A stretch of 64,000 bases of DNA from positions 512-64,511 of the forward strand of contig DHNM01000002.1 of assembly GCA_002409525.1 (NCBI GenBank), written 5' to 3'. A program made the position numbers and the translations under genes. The notes under the pieces are model-generated. The model did no database searches and was not told the origin of the DNA. It saw nothing but the letters and a program-made list of their open reading frames with translations. Numbering within the stretch: position 1 is the stretch's first letter; each line of letters starts with the position of its first letter. Positions 8,428 to 17,965 of this stretch are shown here, one piece after another. Origin of the DNA: Eubacterium sp. UBA5416. GTDB taxonomy: Bacteria; Bacillota; Clostridia; Lachnospirales; Lachnospiraceae.

Positions 8428-10350
8428 TTGTTGGACAACAGACTGTCAAGAGACTCGTATGGAGGTGTTTCTGGTAAAGATTATGTACCATACGTTACGC
8501 AGGGACCTAAATCAGGAGGAAATGGTGTCGTATTAACAATCGGTATTGTTATGGCTCTTCTATTTGCAGTGTCAACCGCCTATTCAGGAATGAAGTCAGG
8601 GCTTACCGTAGCTGCCGGTATTCCCGGGTCAATTATGGGTTCCGCACTGATCGCGGTATTTGCAAAGCAAAAAGGAATACTGGGTAAAAATCTGGTTCAG
8701 GGTATGGCAAGTGGCGGAGAATCCGTTGCCAGTGGTATCATATTTGTGTTGCCCGCAATTCTCTTAATTGGATCAAAAGTCAATTTTATAGAGGGCCTTC
8801 TGACCGGAGCATCCGGAGTATTATTTGGAATTGGGACCTGTTCCCTGGTCTACAACTATTTAATTGTAGAAGAGCATGGCAAATTAATGTATCCGGAATC
8901 AATGGCCATCTCTGAAACACTCGTTGCATCCGAGGGTGCTGGAGAATCACTGAAATTCATGGGAATTGGTTTTGGTATCGGCGGAGTGATCACTGTCTTT
9001 ACCAGTTCATTCTTAAATGTAGCCAATCATGTAATCAGTGTCGTACATGAAACCTTTTACAAGTGGAAATTCGAAATGGAAGCCAATCCTTTATTACTGG
9101 GCATCGGTTTTATTGTTGGTATGGATGTTTCTCTGACCATGTTTGCCGGATCCATCCTGGCTAACTTTGCCATACTTCCGTTAATCGGCTACTTTGCAGA
9201 ATTCGGAAGACAGGGAGCAGCCATATGGAATGATCCAGAGGTTAGCATAAGCGCAATGCAGGTATCCGATATAGCTAACAGCTATGTAAAGTATATAGGT
9301 GCGGGGATGATGCTTGCGGGCGGAATTATCGGTGCCTTAAAACTCATTCCAACGGTAGTATCTTCCATTAAGGAGACTCTTCATGCAAAGTCTTCCGCAA
9401 ATGGAAACAGCTCATCTCTTCAAAGTATCATTCTACTTGCCGGTATCATACTAGCCTTTGTAGGTGGATTTACAGCGTCCGGTCACAACATGCTTATGGC
9501 AATCCTGGCAACTGTTTTGTCAATCATCTTATCCCTGCTGTTCGTTATCGTCTCCGGCCGTTTAACCGGTACTATTGGAACATCCAACCTCCCTGTATCC
9601 GGTATGACAATTGCATCCATCGTCGTAGTTACTTTATTATTTGTATCCATGGGATGGAAGGGAACCGGCAGTAATAAAGCATTGCTTTTATTTGGTACCT
9701 TTATTGTTACAGCTATTTCGGTTGCCGGTGGCTATTCCCAATCACAAAAAGTTACTTTTGTAATCGGTGGTGATAAAAAGGAAATGGACAAATACTTCAC
9801 TTTATCCGGATTAACTGGTGTTGCAGCGGTTGTCGGCACTATATTGTTACTTTCGAAGCAGCTCGCAATGACTGGTGATGATGTTTCTTTTGCATTGCCG
9901 CAGGCAAATCTAATATCTACACTGACCTCTGGAATCATGTCAGGAAAATTACCCTGGGGAATGATTATTGTGGGGATCGTAATAGGATTGGTTTTATATA
10001 TGGTAAATATTCCAATTATGACATTTGCCATAGGTTTCTATCTTCCAATCTCTACAACTTCAATTATCTTAGTAGGAGCTCTCATTCGTCTGCTCATTGA
10101 AAAATCCTCTAAAACTGTTAAAGAAATGGAGGCCAGGGTTTCGAATGGCATAAGCTTATCATCCGGACTTGTCGCCGGGGGGTCTATTATAGGCCTGATT
10201 GGTATTATATTTCAGCTTACCGGAATTGTAAAAGGCAACGCTCCAAGTGGATTTTTTGCCTCCAATGGAATGGCAGTAATCATACTAGCCGTATTGGTTG
10301 CAGCCACTATCATAACGCTTATGAAGAGTAAAGTTAAAGATGATCGATAA
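8428..10350 (+). CDS. OPT family oligopeptide transporter
   Basis: 640 aa, highly hydrophobic; YSGMKSGLTVAAGIP, GESVASGIIFVLPA, L.YPES.A, SNLPVSGMT, LPQANL, SSGLVAGGS motifs. Confidence 0.9.
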   Translation: MLDNRLSRDSYGGVSGKDYVPYVTQGPKSGGNGVVLTIGIVMALLFAVSTAYSGMKSGLTVAAGIPGSIMGSALIAVFAKQKGILGKNLVQGMASGGESVASGIIFVLPAILLIGSKVNFIEGLLTGASGVLFGIGTCSLVYNYLIVEEHGKLMYPESMAISETLVASEGAGESLKFMGIGFGIGGVITVFTSSFLNVANHVISVVHETFYKWKFEMEANPLLLGIGFIVGMDVSLTMFAGSILANFAILPLIGYFAEFGRQGAAIWNDPEVSISAMQVSDIANSYVKYIGAGMMLAGGIIGALKLIPTVVSSIKETLHAKSSANGNSSSLQSIILLAGIILAFVGGFTASGHNMLMAILATVLSIILSLLFVIVSGRLTGTIGTSNLPVSGMTIASIVVVTLLFVSMGWKGTGSNKALLLFGTFIVTAISVAGGYSQSQKVTFVIGGDKKEMDKYFTLSGLTGVAAVVGTILLLSKQLAMTGDDVSFALPQANLISTLTSGIMSGKLPWGMIIVGIVIGLVLYMVNIPIMTFAIGFYLPISTTSIILVGALIRLLIEKSSKTVKEMEARVSNGISLSSGLVAGGSIIGLIGIIFQLTGIVKGNAPSGFFASNGMAVIILAVLVAATIITLMKSKVKDDR

Positions 10351-10696
10351 TAATGACGATGTTCTAAAAATTATCTACAAAGTAACAGAACGTTTGGAAT
10401 ATAAAGTAGACCAAGATGGTATTGTTACTATAATCGAAAAGCAAGACCACAGGATACAAAGGTTCTTTAGAAAGCTTAGATTCAAAATTCCAGAATCTAA
10501 AAAGATTACTTTAGACGAATATGGTAGTTTTATCTTTTTAAATATAGATGGAACAACGAACGTAAAAGAGCTTGGAGAAGACTTAGAAGCCAAATTCGGT
10601 GATAAGGTCTATCCGCTCTACGAAAGATTATTGTTATTTCTAAATCATATTGATGTAAATTGCCACTATATTGAAAAGTCAAATTTATTTTCTTAG
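10340..10696 (+). CDS. PqqD family (RRE-like) protein
   Basis: 118 aa; ITLDEYGSFIFLNIDGTTNVKELGEDLEAKFG...YERLLLFL pattern typical of PqqD-like domains; overlaps the OPT stop by 11 nt. Confidence 0.75.
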   Translation: MIDNNDDVLKIIYKVTERLEYKVDQDGIVTIIEKQDHRIQRFFRKLRFKIPESKKITLDEYGSFIFLNIDGTTNVKELGEDLEAKFGDKVYPLYERLLLFLNHIDVNCHYIEKSNLFS

Positions 10697-10732
10697 TTTT
10701 ATCTGGTTCACGCAGCATAAGAGTTAAAAGAT

Positions 10733-10769
10733 AATGAGGGGATCCGACTTTCTGTCAGATCCCCCCATT
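10733..10769 (-). terminator. Rho-independent terminator of the dockerin-cohesin operon (possibly bidirectional)
   Basis: Minus strand aatggggggatctgac-agaaa-gtcggatcccctcatt: 16-bp stem with two G-U pairs, followed by atctttt; lies between convergent genes. Confidence 0.7.
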
Positions 10770-10831
10770 TTATACTGCTTAATCTTTTAATCTTATTATT
10801 TTTCCGATGCTTTTATCTGTCTGCCAACTAC

Positions 10832-11605
10832 TTATTCATCCGACTTTTTCTTCTTCAGTACAGCCAGAGCAATAATCACGGCTGCTGCAATCACAACGCC
10901 CAGAACCGGGAGCAGGATATTCGTTCCGTCGCCCGTTTTTGCATTTGATGCTTTTTTAGCGCCGGCAGCTGTGCTGCCTGTTCCAGCCTTTACAGTTTTC
11001 TTGTTTTCTGACACATTTGACCCTTTTTCCGGATTTTTCTTCGAATCCTCTTTCGTGGAATCATCCTTCTGGTCATTTCCCGCTCCGGAAGCAGGTTTCA
11101 CAGTTCCGTCTTTTTGCATCGTAAGCGTCAAAGGAATACTCGTGCTTTCGACATCCCCGTCTTGCGTGGAAAGTTCTTCCACGGCAGCTTTGATCGTTAT
11201 CTCATCTTTTTCTTTCACCTGGTCTTTGACTGCAAATTCCATCTGGTCGAAGCTGCCGTCTCCGCCGAGATTTCCCGCAGACGCAAAGGTTACAACGATC
11301 TCACCTTCGTTTTTGTTGCCGTCAATACAGTCATTTCGAACGAACATGGCCTTTTCGCCAAGGCTTCCGTCTTTATGACCGGTAAGTTTCAGCTGGTCCG
11401 GGTCATAGGTAATCCGAAACTTCCCGTTTGTCAGCTGTTCTCCGCCCTTTTCATTCATATCAACGGTTATGTTCTTCTCATTCTGCCCGGCCAGTTTCAG
11501 TTCCACTGTCACCGGATCGGCAGCATATACATTTGTAGATGTCTCGACCATGAATATTGCACACACCGCCGAAAATACCGTAAGCATTCGTTTTCCAAAT
11601 CGCAT
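10832..11605 (-). CDS. Single-cohesin, sortase-anchored cell-surface protein (mini anchoring scaffoldin)
   Basis: Signal peptide ending VYA|A; cohesin-like pattern LTNGKFRITYDPDQLKL...GEIVVTFAS...GDGSFDQMEFAVK; K/D/S-rich linker; AKTGD + hydrophobic helix + KKKK tail; RBS AGGAGG. Confidence 0.82.
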   Translation of the reverse strand: MRFGKRMLTVFSAVCAIFMVETSTNVYAADPVTVELKLAGQNEKNITVDMNEKGGEQLTNGKFRITYDPDQLKLTGHKDGSLGEKAMFVRNDCIDGNKNEGEIVVTFASAGNLGGDGSFDQMEFAVKDQVKEKDEITIKAAVEELSTQDGDVESTSIPLTLTMQKDGTVKPASGAGNDQKDDSTKEDSKKNPEKGSNVSENKKTVKAGTGSTAAGAKKASNAKTGDGTNILLPVLGVVIAAAVIIALAVLKKKKSDE

Positions 11606-11647
11606 GAATCATTCCTCCTAAATCATTTTGTAATGGATGTCATCAAA

Positions 11648-14600
11648 TCATCCGGCAGTATCAAAAGAAGGAGTGATTTCTGCAGCATATCTTAAAACTT
11701 CTCTTGAATCTTTGGAATCTACCACGTGATCCCGATTTACATCCGCAGACAAGGCTTCGCCCTCACTCAAATCTGTCAATTCTGCCAGATACTGTAAGAT
11801 CATACTGGCATCTTTTGTATCCAACTTACTGTCGCTGTTCACATCTCCGGTTACACGTATATCCATGAGTTTCTCTACAAGGCTCTTTACAATCTCGTCT
11901 ACTTCATTCTGCGTCGCTTCCGTTTTGTCGTTCACCTGTTTTGCCTGTTTTGTAAGGTCATCCAGTCCCTCCAGAGTCTCCGGAACATAGTGGTCTTTTT
12001 CACCGAGAATTTTCTCAGCGCTTTCAATCGCTGTGGCAAGCTCCTCTTTATTTGACATTCTTTTCAGGTTTGACATTGCATCAAGCAGCGTATCATATAC
12101 CTGATTGATCTCTTCCTGTGTGCTGTCTTTCTCTTTTAGAATCTTTGCAGCTACATCATACGCATCTTTAAAATCTTTGAGACTTTCGACGGTGTATTTA
12201 TTCTCATTTTTGACGATTTTCTCTGCGCTCTTTACCCGATTCTCCAGATTGGAATAATCATGTTCTTCAATCATGAGTTCCGATACGGCTTTGGCAAGGT
12301 TTGTAAGTGCATGATTGACACTGTTCTGAGTCGCTTTCTTATTGTTATAGACCTTTTCCGCCTTGTTCAGCTGATTTCTCAGGTTCTTTACAGATTTCTT
12401 CGTGTAATTACCGATATCATCGGAATCTAAGATTTCATTCGCACCGTCAATCGCTGTTTTAAGGCCCGCTTTCGAAGCCGCCGGTTTTAACGCATCCAGA
12501 GTATTTACTAGATCAATCAATGCTGTATCGGCTTCCTGCTTTGTCGCCTTCTCATTATCATATACGCTCCAGGCCTGATCAGTTTTCGCAAGGAATGCTG
12601 TCCAGTCATCATTTTCCACGAAAAGCTCTGTACCGCTTTCCTGTGTCTCTTTGAGTGAAGATGCATAATCAAGCATCCGTTTCAGTGCACTCTTGTCGAC
12701 AACAACGGCCGGCTCTCCGGTAATCGCACTGACGGTTTTGGACTGGTGAGCACTGCGCCCATTCACCGTGGCTGCAATCCTGTAACTGTACTGCGTCAAT
12801 GCGTCCAGACCTTTGTCGGTATAGATATACTTTCCAGTTTGAACATCTTCTTTCAGTTTGTCAAGTGATATTTCATCAATCTGCTCATAATCCCCGTCTT
12901 CTTTCGCACGGTAGATCTCATAGCCCTGAACCTCGTGGCCATTCTTTCCGTCGCTTGCTTTGGTAAAATTCAGTGTTACACTATCTCCGGTAACAGTCTC
13001 CTCCGGAATCTCTACCTGAGAAGTGACCAGACCTTCTGACAGTGAATAGCTCAGATGCGGCGGCTGGTTGTACGCCGTATTCTGCCATGCAAGGCCTTCG
13101 CGGTAAACCTGATCTTCCAGCAGGCAGGGAACGACATAATCTGTCTGGATCGTTGTTGAATAGATACGAATCCTGCTGTCATCATCCGCGCAGCGGAGAA
13201 TCATCTCTTCTCTCCAGTCTCCCAGAAGATCACCGGAGATTCCCGGATTTCCTTTGGTTCCGTTACTAGTGTAAGCCTCTGTCGAGTCAAACAGTGTCTC
13301 CTGTTTTCCGTTCTGATAATCCCATTTGTAGATATCTGTAGAGATTGGAACATATCCGTCATTTTCATTAAAGACATGATCCTGGATTTCTCTTAAGAGA
13401 TCTCCATCCCAGTACATCAGACCATTGGCTGCGGGATTTCCCTGGTTCAGTCTCACAAGATTATCCAATGTGGACGTCGACGCGTAGAGCGCACCTTTTC
13501 CGGAATCCCAGGAGGGTTCTCCGTCTTCCGGATCATAATTGTCCGCCACAATCGACCAGAACTCAGCTCCCGGTGATGTGGGATCAATATCATCCGCGGC
13601 ACCTCTTCCGGTATCTCTTCCGACATAGTAGCCCATCAGAATTTCTCCGGTTGCGGCATCCTGAATCACGACGTGATATTTTGCATTATTGCTCTCTTTC
13701 ACACTCATGACTTCCAGTCCGTCATTCCACTCTACAAAATCAGCGAGGTGAATGGCATCTCCATGTCCGAGAGCCGTGTTATAGAGAAGGGAGCCGTCAT
13801 CATCAATTGCCATAGAACCGTAGATAATCTCATCTTTCCCATCCCCGTCTACATCTGCGATCGAGAGGTTATGATTGCCCTGTCCTTCTGTTTCTTTTCC
13901 AATGTCATTCGAGTCAAACACCCATTTGGTACGGATGCTGTCCCCGATTCCGTCACCATCGGTATCAGCCAGATAATAAGCGTTTAATACCGTCCTGGTA
14001 TAGTAGCCTCTGCAGAATACCGCATAAGGAGCTTCTCCGTCGAGGTAAGCAGTTCCGGCTAAGAAACGGTCCACGCGGTTTCCGTATCCGTCACCCCAGT
14101 CGCCTACATTTCCACGCGGCGGGTTGTAATCAGTTGTTCCGATCATGCTTCCGTCTTCACCATTGAACATGGAAAAGTACTCCGGTCCTGCCAGAACATA
14201 TCCCCCGCTGCTGCGGTAATCATGATTCTTGCTCACGGTATCTGTGGGAAGTGCGTCTGCATTGCAGGCTCCAACATAATCCGTTTCTTCCAGACCTTTG
14301 TCGGTTCCGTCTTTACTTACATAGGTTGTGCTTCCGTCCGCAGTCTTCACTGCGATTTCGGCTTTTCCGTCTCCGTCATAATCCCATACCTGGAATTGTG
14401 TGTAATGGGCTCCGGATCGAATATTGACTCCCAGGTCTATTCTCCAGAGTAACTCTACTTTTCCACTTGAAAAGTCGATGTGATAGCCATCCAGAATCGT
14501 TGTTCCAGTATAGCCGCCGTTAGAGTTATCCTTCGCATTTGACGGGTACCACTTGACAATTAGATCCAGCTGTCCGTCTCCGTCAAGATCACCGACAGAC

Positions 14601-17600
14601 ATATCATTTGCAGTGAAATTACAGGTCGTGCCGTCCGGCATTGTCTGGTCTTCTGGTTTGTAAAGCTGAAGTTCCAGATACTTCTCGTCCCACACATTTG
14701 TCTTATGAGATTTCAGTCCCAGTTTCTTATCATCAGCACCTACTACTTTATATACATCTGACGTATCTCCACCCTCATCAAGTAAGTTTGTTGCTGTGAT
14801 CTTTTCCGCAATCTTCTTCTTTCCACGGTAAACATCATACGTGTTGTCTTTGGGATCTTTCTCAAAACTTCTCCAGGAAAGATACACACCGTGATCATAT
14901 TCTTTTCCGTCATTGTCTGTGGCAGTGACAACTTCTTCGCCGCCATCTTTTCCTGCAAGGTTGATTGCAACCAGTGCACGGTCACTGAGAGTCTCCGCTT
15001 TCGCCGGAACCGCTTCACCCGTCAAAGGTTTGATCTCAAGAGCATCAGACATTTCACTGGTACCGCCGCCATTCTTCGCCTGTACCTGATAATAATAGGT
15101 ATGATCGGCGAGCAGATCGTGATCCTGGTCAGTAAATGAAGCTTTCCTGCTGGTTCCGATGTTTTTGAAATCGCCGTCAGCGGATTCGGAACGGTACACT
15201 ACATACTGTTCTGCCTTTTCATCTGCGTCCCAGGTGATTTTCTTCTCAAAATCAGCAGTTTTCTCTGCTTTTAGATTTGATGGTTTCTCCGGCACTTCCG
15301 CATCCGGGTCCAGAACATCGAGTTTCACCAGATTACTCTGGACCGTCTCGGTCCCGTCTCCCATCACTGCAGTCATGTAGTACTCATAGCTTTCCCCTAC
15401 ATTTGCAGTCATCGCGCGGCAGGCAAGCTCGTCTTTCTCATATTCTTCTGTTGTAAAGGACTTGATCAGCTTAAAATCCTGCTCAGTTGCTGTTTTGCCG
15501 TAAATGTTGTAGGAAGCCGCATGTTCCACCGGGTTGAATCCAATCAGGAATGTCATCCGGTCACCCTCATAACTCTCCTCCGAGACGGATACACCACTGG
15601 GTGCTTTTAACACGGAAGTGATTTCACAGCCGTTGAAATATGGATTTGTTCCTCCGATTCCGATATTTAACTGCCCGTCGGTCACTTCAACATTGGCAGT
15701 CAGAAAACCGAGCGATCTTTTGGCCGATACGGTACCGACTTCTTTGCCTTCCATTGTAAATGCTGATTTGATCGTGGACGTATTCGCAAGCAGGTCACCG
15801 GCATATACCGTCACTTCGTAAGTGCCATTCGGCACATCTACCATAAACTCTCCCGCGGAAAGTGTGAAGTCTTCCGCCATGTCATTGGCATCTTCAGCGC
15901 CGCTGTTATTCCGGTAACGGCCGTTTGACATCGCTTCTTTGAAACCATATCCGGTCTTCTCATTATAAACAGTGTCATTGTTGACGCCTGTCCACCCTTC
16001 AAGTGTCGGGGAATTGTTCCAGTTGATGTCAAAGCTGTACTCAGAATTCTTCGTCGCAGCCTCCGCCTTGTCTGAGAACTCACCGAGCCCTTTATCATTG
16101 AATCCTCGAACAGCGTAGACGTAATTACTTCCTTTTTCTGCTTTTTTATCCACAAAGGACGTCCCCACGGATACGGAATATTTTTCTGCGTCGGTAAAGT
16201 CTACATCCTCTGCTGTCTCACCGTCTTTTAATTCCTGACGGTAAACGTAGTACATCTCGGACCCTTCTGCTTCCTGCCAGGAAAGAGAAACACTGGCAGA
16301 TCCGGCGGAAACAACAGTAAGACCTTTCACAGCCGCGGGAACATCTGCGATTTCTTCGAATTCCACACGTTTCTTCAGATTCTCAATTGCCGTCTGATCT
16401 GATTCGTCTAATTTATCGGTCTCCATGTTAACCAGTTCTCTGGCAACACACTGTGAAAACTTGTATGCCCCATAGTACTGCAGATGTGTGTCATCCGTAA
16501 CACCATTTGCATAGTTTCCTTCATACTCGCCTGGTTTTACGTGAAGAAACAGTGACTCTGCCCCCTCCACGCCAAATGCGTTACAAAGTTCTATGGATGC
16601 TCTGCTGAGATCGATCAGAGGAATGTTCTGCTCCTCGGCCATCTTCCGCATGACATCGCCGTAAGCTTTGAAGTTTTCCTGAAAATTACCATCCGCATCA
16701 TAGCTGTATCTTGCCACCGGTGTCACGAGTACACAAGATGCACCTCTTTGTCTGGCACCATCCACATACTGCTGCATCCAGTATTCAAAATCGCCGGGGG
16801 ATACATAACGGTTGGGTCTTACCGCTGTCGCGTCATTGTGCCCGAACTGTACAAACATATAATCACCCGGTTTGATATCATCGAGAAGCTCATCCAGTTT
16901 TCCTTCCTGAAGGAAGGATTTCGAACTTCTTCCGCCCATCGCGCGGTTTTCGATGATGGCATTCTCTGCTTCATAGACTTCTGCCTGATAATATGTACAT
17001 CCCGTTGCCTCTCTTTGTTCTACCTGATCTCCAAAGAAATTCCAGAGAGTCTCGCCCCATCCTGTCTGTGGCTCAAAATTATCCTCATAGGTCTGTACGG
17101 TTGAATCGGATGCCAGATAAACCGTCGGTTTTTCTCCGGCCTCTTTCTTCTCTGATTCATTAATATCTACTGTTTTGACATAAACTGAAGTCATGATCGC
17201 ATCGCTCTCGGAAGTTGAATCTGAAGGGTTGTAGAATTTTAGATCCATCACTCCGTCGATCAGACTGGAACCGAAACTTTCCTGTACTTCCTGACCTGCC
17301 GGTACCACAACATCACCAATTTTTGTGATATCTTCTGCCTTTACAGCCACATGATATTCACTGTCTGTCGGATTCGCAAATGTAACGTTCACCGTGTATT
17401 CCATCGGATCCAGACGTGCCGAAAATCCTGTCGTGTTTTCATACTGATAAACCCCATATCCTGTCTCCTCAGTCTCTGTCCACACCTGACTGCCGAGTTT
17501 CAGACAGTTATCCCCATCTTCTGCATAAGAGGCCCCCGGTCTCTTATGCAATTCACGTTCGTGGTAGACATTATCTACCCATCCGGCTGCCTCCTCCGGA

Positions 17601-17866
17601 TAACTGTAATCCATCAGACCCAGGCCCGTATCATCACTGTAGACATTTTCCACCGTGACGTCTTCTCCAAATGCATAATGGTGAACTGCTGTATCCTGCG
17701 TTTCATCATCCACTGTCGGAACGGGTGCACTCTCTGAGGAACTTTCCGGCTGTTCCCCGGACTCTGTCGTCGTATCGGCCGCAGCCGGAACTGCTCCCGG
17801 AGCGATCATCGATGCACTCAGCAGGACTGCCAATGCCGGCGATCCAATTCCCTTTGATTTTTTCAC
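11648..17866 (-). CDS. Secreted multimodular rhamnogalacturonan acetylesterase (CE12) / rhamnogalacturonan lyase (PL11) with FN3 domains, four FIVAR repeats and a C-terminal dockerin
   Basis: Signal peptide; SGNH blocks ASDST, GWG, NRAMGGRSS, QFGHND, DDTH; PL11 motifs GDLDGDG..VKWYPSNAKD, NIRSGAHYTQF, RGYYTRT, GQGNH, HGDA, NGTKGNP, GDWREE, WQNTAYNQPPH; ATQ.E/AVD-type FIVAR helices; duplicated Ca-binding loops GDVNSDSKLDTKDA / ADVNRDHVVDSKDS. Confidence 0.93.
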   Translation of the reverse strand: MKKSKGIGSPALAVLLSASMIAPGAVPAAADTTTESGEQPESSSESAPVPTVDDETQDTAVHHYAFGEDVTVENVYSDDTGLGLMDYSYPEEAAGWVDNVYHERELHKRPGASYAEDGDNCLKLGSQVWTETEETGYGVYQYENTTGFSARLDPMEYTVNVTFANPTDSEYHVAVKAEDITKIGDVVVPAGQEVQESFGSSLIDGVMDLKFYNPSDSTSESDAIMTSVYVKTVDINESEKKEAGEKPTVYLASDSTVQTYEDNFEPQTGWGETLWNFFGDQVEQREATGCTYYQAEVYEAENAIIENRAMGGRSSKSFLQEGKLDELLDDIKPGDYMFVQFGHNDATAVRPNRYVSPGDFEYWMQQYVDGARQRGASCVLVTPVARYSYDADGNFQENFKAYGDVMRKMAEEQNIPLIDLSRASIELCNAFGVEGAESLFLHVKPGEYEGNYANGVTDDTHLQYYGAYKFSQCVARELVNMETDKLDESDQTAIENLKKRVEFEEIADVPAAVKGLTVVSAGSASVSLSWQEAEGSEMYYVYRQELKDGETAEDVDFTDAEKYSVSVGTSFVDKKAEKGSNYVYAVRGFNDKGLGEFSDKAEAATKNSEYSFDINWNNSPTLEGWTGVNNDTVYNEKTGYGFKEAMSNGRYRNNSGAEDANDMAEDFTLSAGEFMVDVPNGTYEVTVYAGDLLANTSTIKSAFTMEGKEVGTVSAKRSLGFLTANVEVTDGQLNIGIGGTNPYFNGCEITSVLKAPSGVSVSEESYEGDRMTFLIGFNPVEHAASYNIYGKTATEQDFKLIKSFTTEEYEKDELACRAMTANVGESYEYYMTAVMGDGTETVQSNLVKLDVLDPDAEVPEKPSNLKAEKTADFEKKITWDADEKAEQYVVYRSESADGDFKNIGTSRKASFTDQDHDLLADHTYYYQVQAKNGGGTSEMSDALEIKPLTGEAVPAKAETLSDRALVAINLAGKDGGEEVVTATDNDGKEYDHGVYLSWRSFEKDPKDNTYDVYRGKKKIAEKITATNLLDEGGDTSDVYKVVGADDKKLGLKSHKTNVWDEKYLELQLYKPEDQTMPDGTTCNFTANDMSVGDLDGDGQLDLIVKWYPSNAKDNSNGGYTGTTILDGYHIDFSSGKVELLWRIDLGVNIRSGAHYTQFQVWDYDGDGKAEIAVKTADGSTTYVSKDGTDKGLEETDYVGACNADALPTDTVSKNHDYRSSGGYVLAGPEYFSMFNGEDGSMIGTTDYNPPRGNVGDWGDGYGNRVDRFLAGTAYLDGEAPYAVFCRGYYTRTVLNAYYLADTDGDGIGDSIRTKWVFDSNDIGKETEGQGNHNLSIADVDGDGKDEIIYGSMAIDDDGSLLYNTALGHGDAIHLADFVEWNDGLEVMSVKESNNAKYHVVIQDAATGEILMGYYVGRDTGRGAADDIDPTSPGAEFWSIVADNYDPEDGEPSWDSGKGALYASTSTLDNLVRLNQGNPAANGLMYWDGDLLREIQDHVFNENDGYVPISTDIYKWDYQNGKQETLFDSTEAYTSNGTKGNPGISGDLLGDWREEMILRCADDDSRIRIYSTTIQTDYVVPCLLEDQVYREGLAWQNTAYNQPPHLSYSLSEGLVTSQVEIPEETVTGDSVTLNFTKASDGKNGHEVQGYEIYRAKEDGDYEQIDEISLDKLKEDVQTGKYIYTDKGLDALTQYSYRIAATVNGRSAHQSKTVSAITGEPAVVVDKSALKRMLDYASSLKETQESGTELFVENDDWTAFLAKTDQAWSVYDNEKATKQEADTALIDLVNTLDALKPAASKAGLKTAIDGANEILDSDDIGNYTKKSVKNLRNQLNKAEKVYNNKKATQNSVNHALTNLAKAVSELMIEEHDYSNLENRVKSAEKIVKNENKYTVESLKDFKDAYDVAAKILKEKDSTQEEINQVYDTLLDAMSNLKRMSNKEELATAIESAEKILGEKDHYVPETLEGLDDLTKQAKQVNDKTEATQNEVDEIVKSLVEKLMDIRVTGDVNSDSKLDTKDASMILQYLAELTDLSEGEALSADVNRDHVVDSKDSREVLRYAAEITPSFDTAG

Positions 17867-17898
17867 ATATTTTCCCTCCTTTTAATATCTCTGCTCTT

Positions 17899-17965
17899 AT
17901 GATACTAAATAAGATGGTTTAATTCTCGTCGCTTTTCTTATAAAAATGTGCAGTTTTGACCATTT
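17899..17965 (-). promoter_or_regulatory. Putative activator-dependent promoter of the CE12-PL11-dockerin / cohesin operon
   Basis: TATCAT on the minus strand (17904-17899), 13 nt from a 48-bp block that is 32/48 identical to 6942-6989. Confidence 0.45.

Noticed and set aside
10340-10696. PqqD as evidence of a RiPP or PQQ biosynthetic cluster
   Set aside because: No precursor peptide, radical SAM enzyme, cyclase or peptidase nearby
13040-14998. DxDGDG repeats in PL11 as integrin/FG-GAP adhesin or dockerin motifs
   Set aside because: They are the standard Ca-binding blades of the PL11 beta-propeller and also occur in the cytoplasmic PL11
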